DNA from: Lama guanicoe
Taxonomy: Eukaryota
Direction of reading: 5' to 3'
Length of the DNA: 64,000 nt
NCBI GenBank assembly: GCA_013239625.1
Contig: MU054662.1
Coordinates: 13,877,798 to 13,941,797, forward strand
Shown: positions 63,101-64,000 of the stretch, in pieces
How the letters are laid out: each line of letters begins with the position of its first letter
How positions within the stretch are numbered: position 1 is the first letter of the stretch
Made by a program: the position numbers and the translations under genes
The notes under the pieces: model-generated
Told to the model about the DNA's origin: nothing
Seen by the model: the letters and a program-made list of their open reading frames with translations, nothing else
Database searches by the model: none

Positions 63101-64000
63101 CACCTGTGAGTGTCTCGTCACAGAGGCGGACCCCAGCCCGCAGGTGGGCTGAGGGGGGAGCACCTTCCCGTCCTCGGCGCGGGGCGCTGTGAAGGGATGG
63201 GACCCCGTCACCTCGTCCGCCGCAGCACCCGGGGATTTGCAGGTGGAGAGCCCCCCACAGCAAAGGATGGGTCTCCCAGGAGCACGTATGCGGGGGCGCC
63301 TGTGCCGTGACAGCGTGGAGGTGTGTCGCTTTGAGCTCCCCTTCCTCGTGACAGCCGCTCCCCAGAGAGAGCGAGCTGCACAGGTCGGAGGCTCTCCTCG
63401 GAGGGGAGCATGGGCTGGGTCGGACGGGGTGCAGCAGACGACCTGGGGCGCTTTTTAAAAACACGTGAACTCATACCCTCCTCGGACCCCCTGGACCAGG
63501 ATTCAAGGGCTTGTGGGAATTCCGCCACCCCCCGTGAGGATCCTCGGGACGAGACAAACCCAGAGCCCTTCCATGGACGTCAGCCGGGGCCTGCTTCTCG
63601 ACGCCGCACACACGCCGCGTGCCCTGCAATCTGCCATCCCAGAAAAAAACCACGGGGTCTGAGGACTGGAAGCTTCAGTCCGACCGCCCCCCGGTGACTA
63701 AGGAGTCCCCAGGCATCTCTGCCAGCCCCGGGCACCTTCCGCGGCTGCCGTGGGGCTTTACCAGAGCGGCTTCCGTGCCCCCGATCAGCCGGGAGAGAGC
63801 AGCAGGTCCGTGTGTCCCTGAGAAAGAACCGGCAGTTCTTCTGCCTGCTTGTTTGTTTTTATTTTTTAGCTGCTGTTTTGCTTTTGTAAGACTTACAGAA
63901 TACTTCATTCTGCAACAGCAGAACGCACGTCTTCAAGCTCCGGTGGATGTTTGACTGAGACAGACAACACTGTGGGTCAGAAAGCGCCACTCAGCAAATT

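Overview
This is vertebrate (placental mammal) genomic DNA, GC- and CpG-rich, from a draft assembly with five N gaps. It is not prokaryotic, so there are no operons, CRISPR arrays or rRNA/tRNA genes to report. The L1 3' ends are of cetartiodactyl type, and I see no Alu, B1/B2, SINEC, Bov-tA/A2 or PRE-1 SINEs; a camelid is my best guess (inference). The window is essentially non-coding. It contains ancient MIR and L2 fragments, L1 3' fragments almost all on the + strand, two MaLR (MLT1) LTRs, three DNA-transposon MITEs (MER5-, MER2/Tigger- and MER103-like), microsatellites, three minisatellites, and several AT-rich homeodomain-motif islands that look like enhancers. I cannot name a gene. Indirect signals suggest an intron or 5' region of a large minus-strand gene: L1 orientation bias, a minus-strand TATA/MEF2 element near 4.98 kb, a CpG island near 0.5 kb, and one 225-nt frame-preserving candidate exon at 39225-39449. 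Almost all ORFs in the supplied track are chance products of high GC. The most notable items are a 21-unit E-box (CAGGTG) minisatellite, a minisatellite born inside a Tigger MITE, strong AT-to-GC drift in old transposon copies, and the candidate exon and promoter. I found no evidence for a genuinely new biological system. Repeat family calls come from remembered consensus sequences, and their boundaries are approximate.
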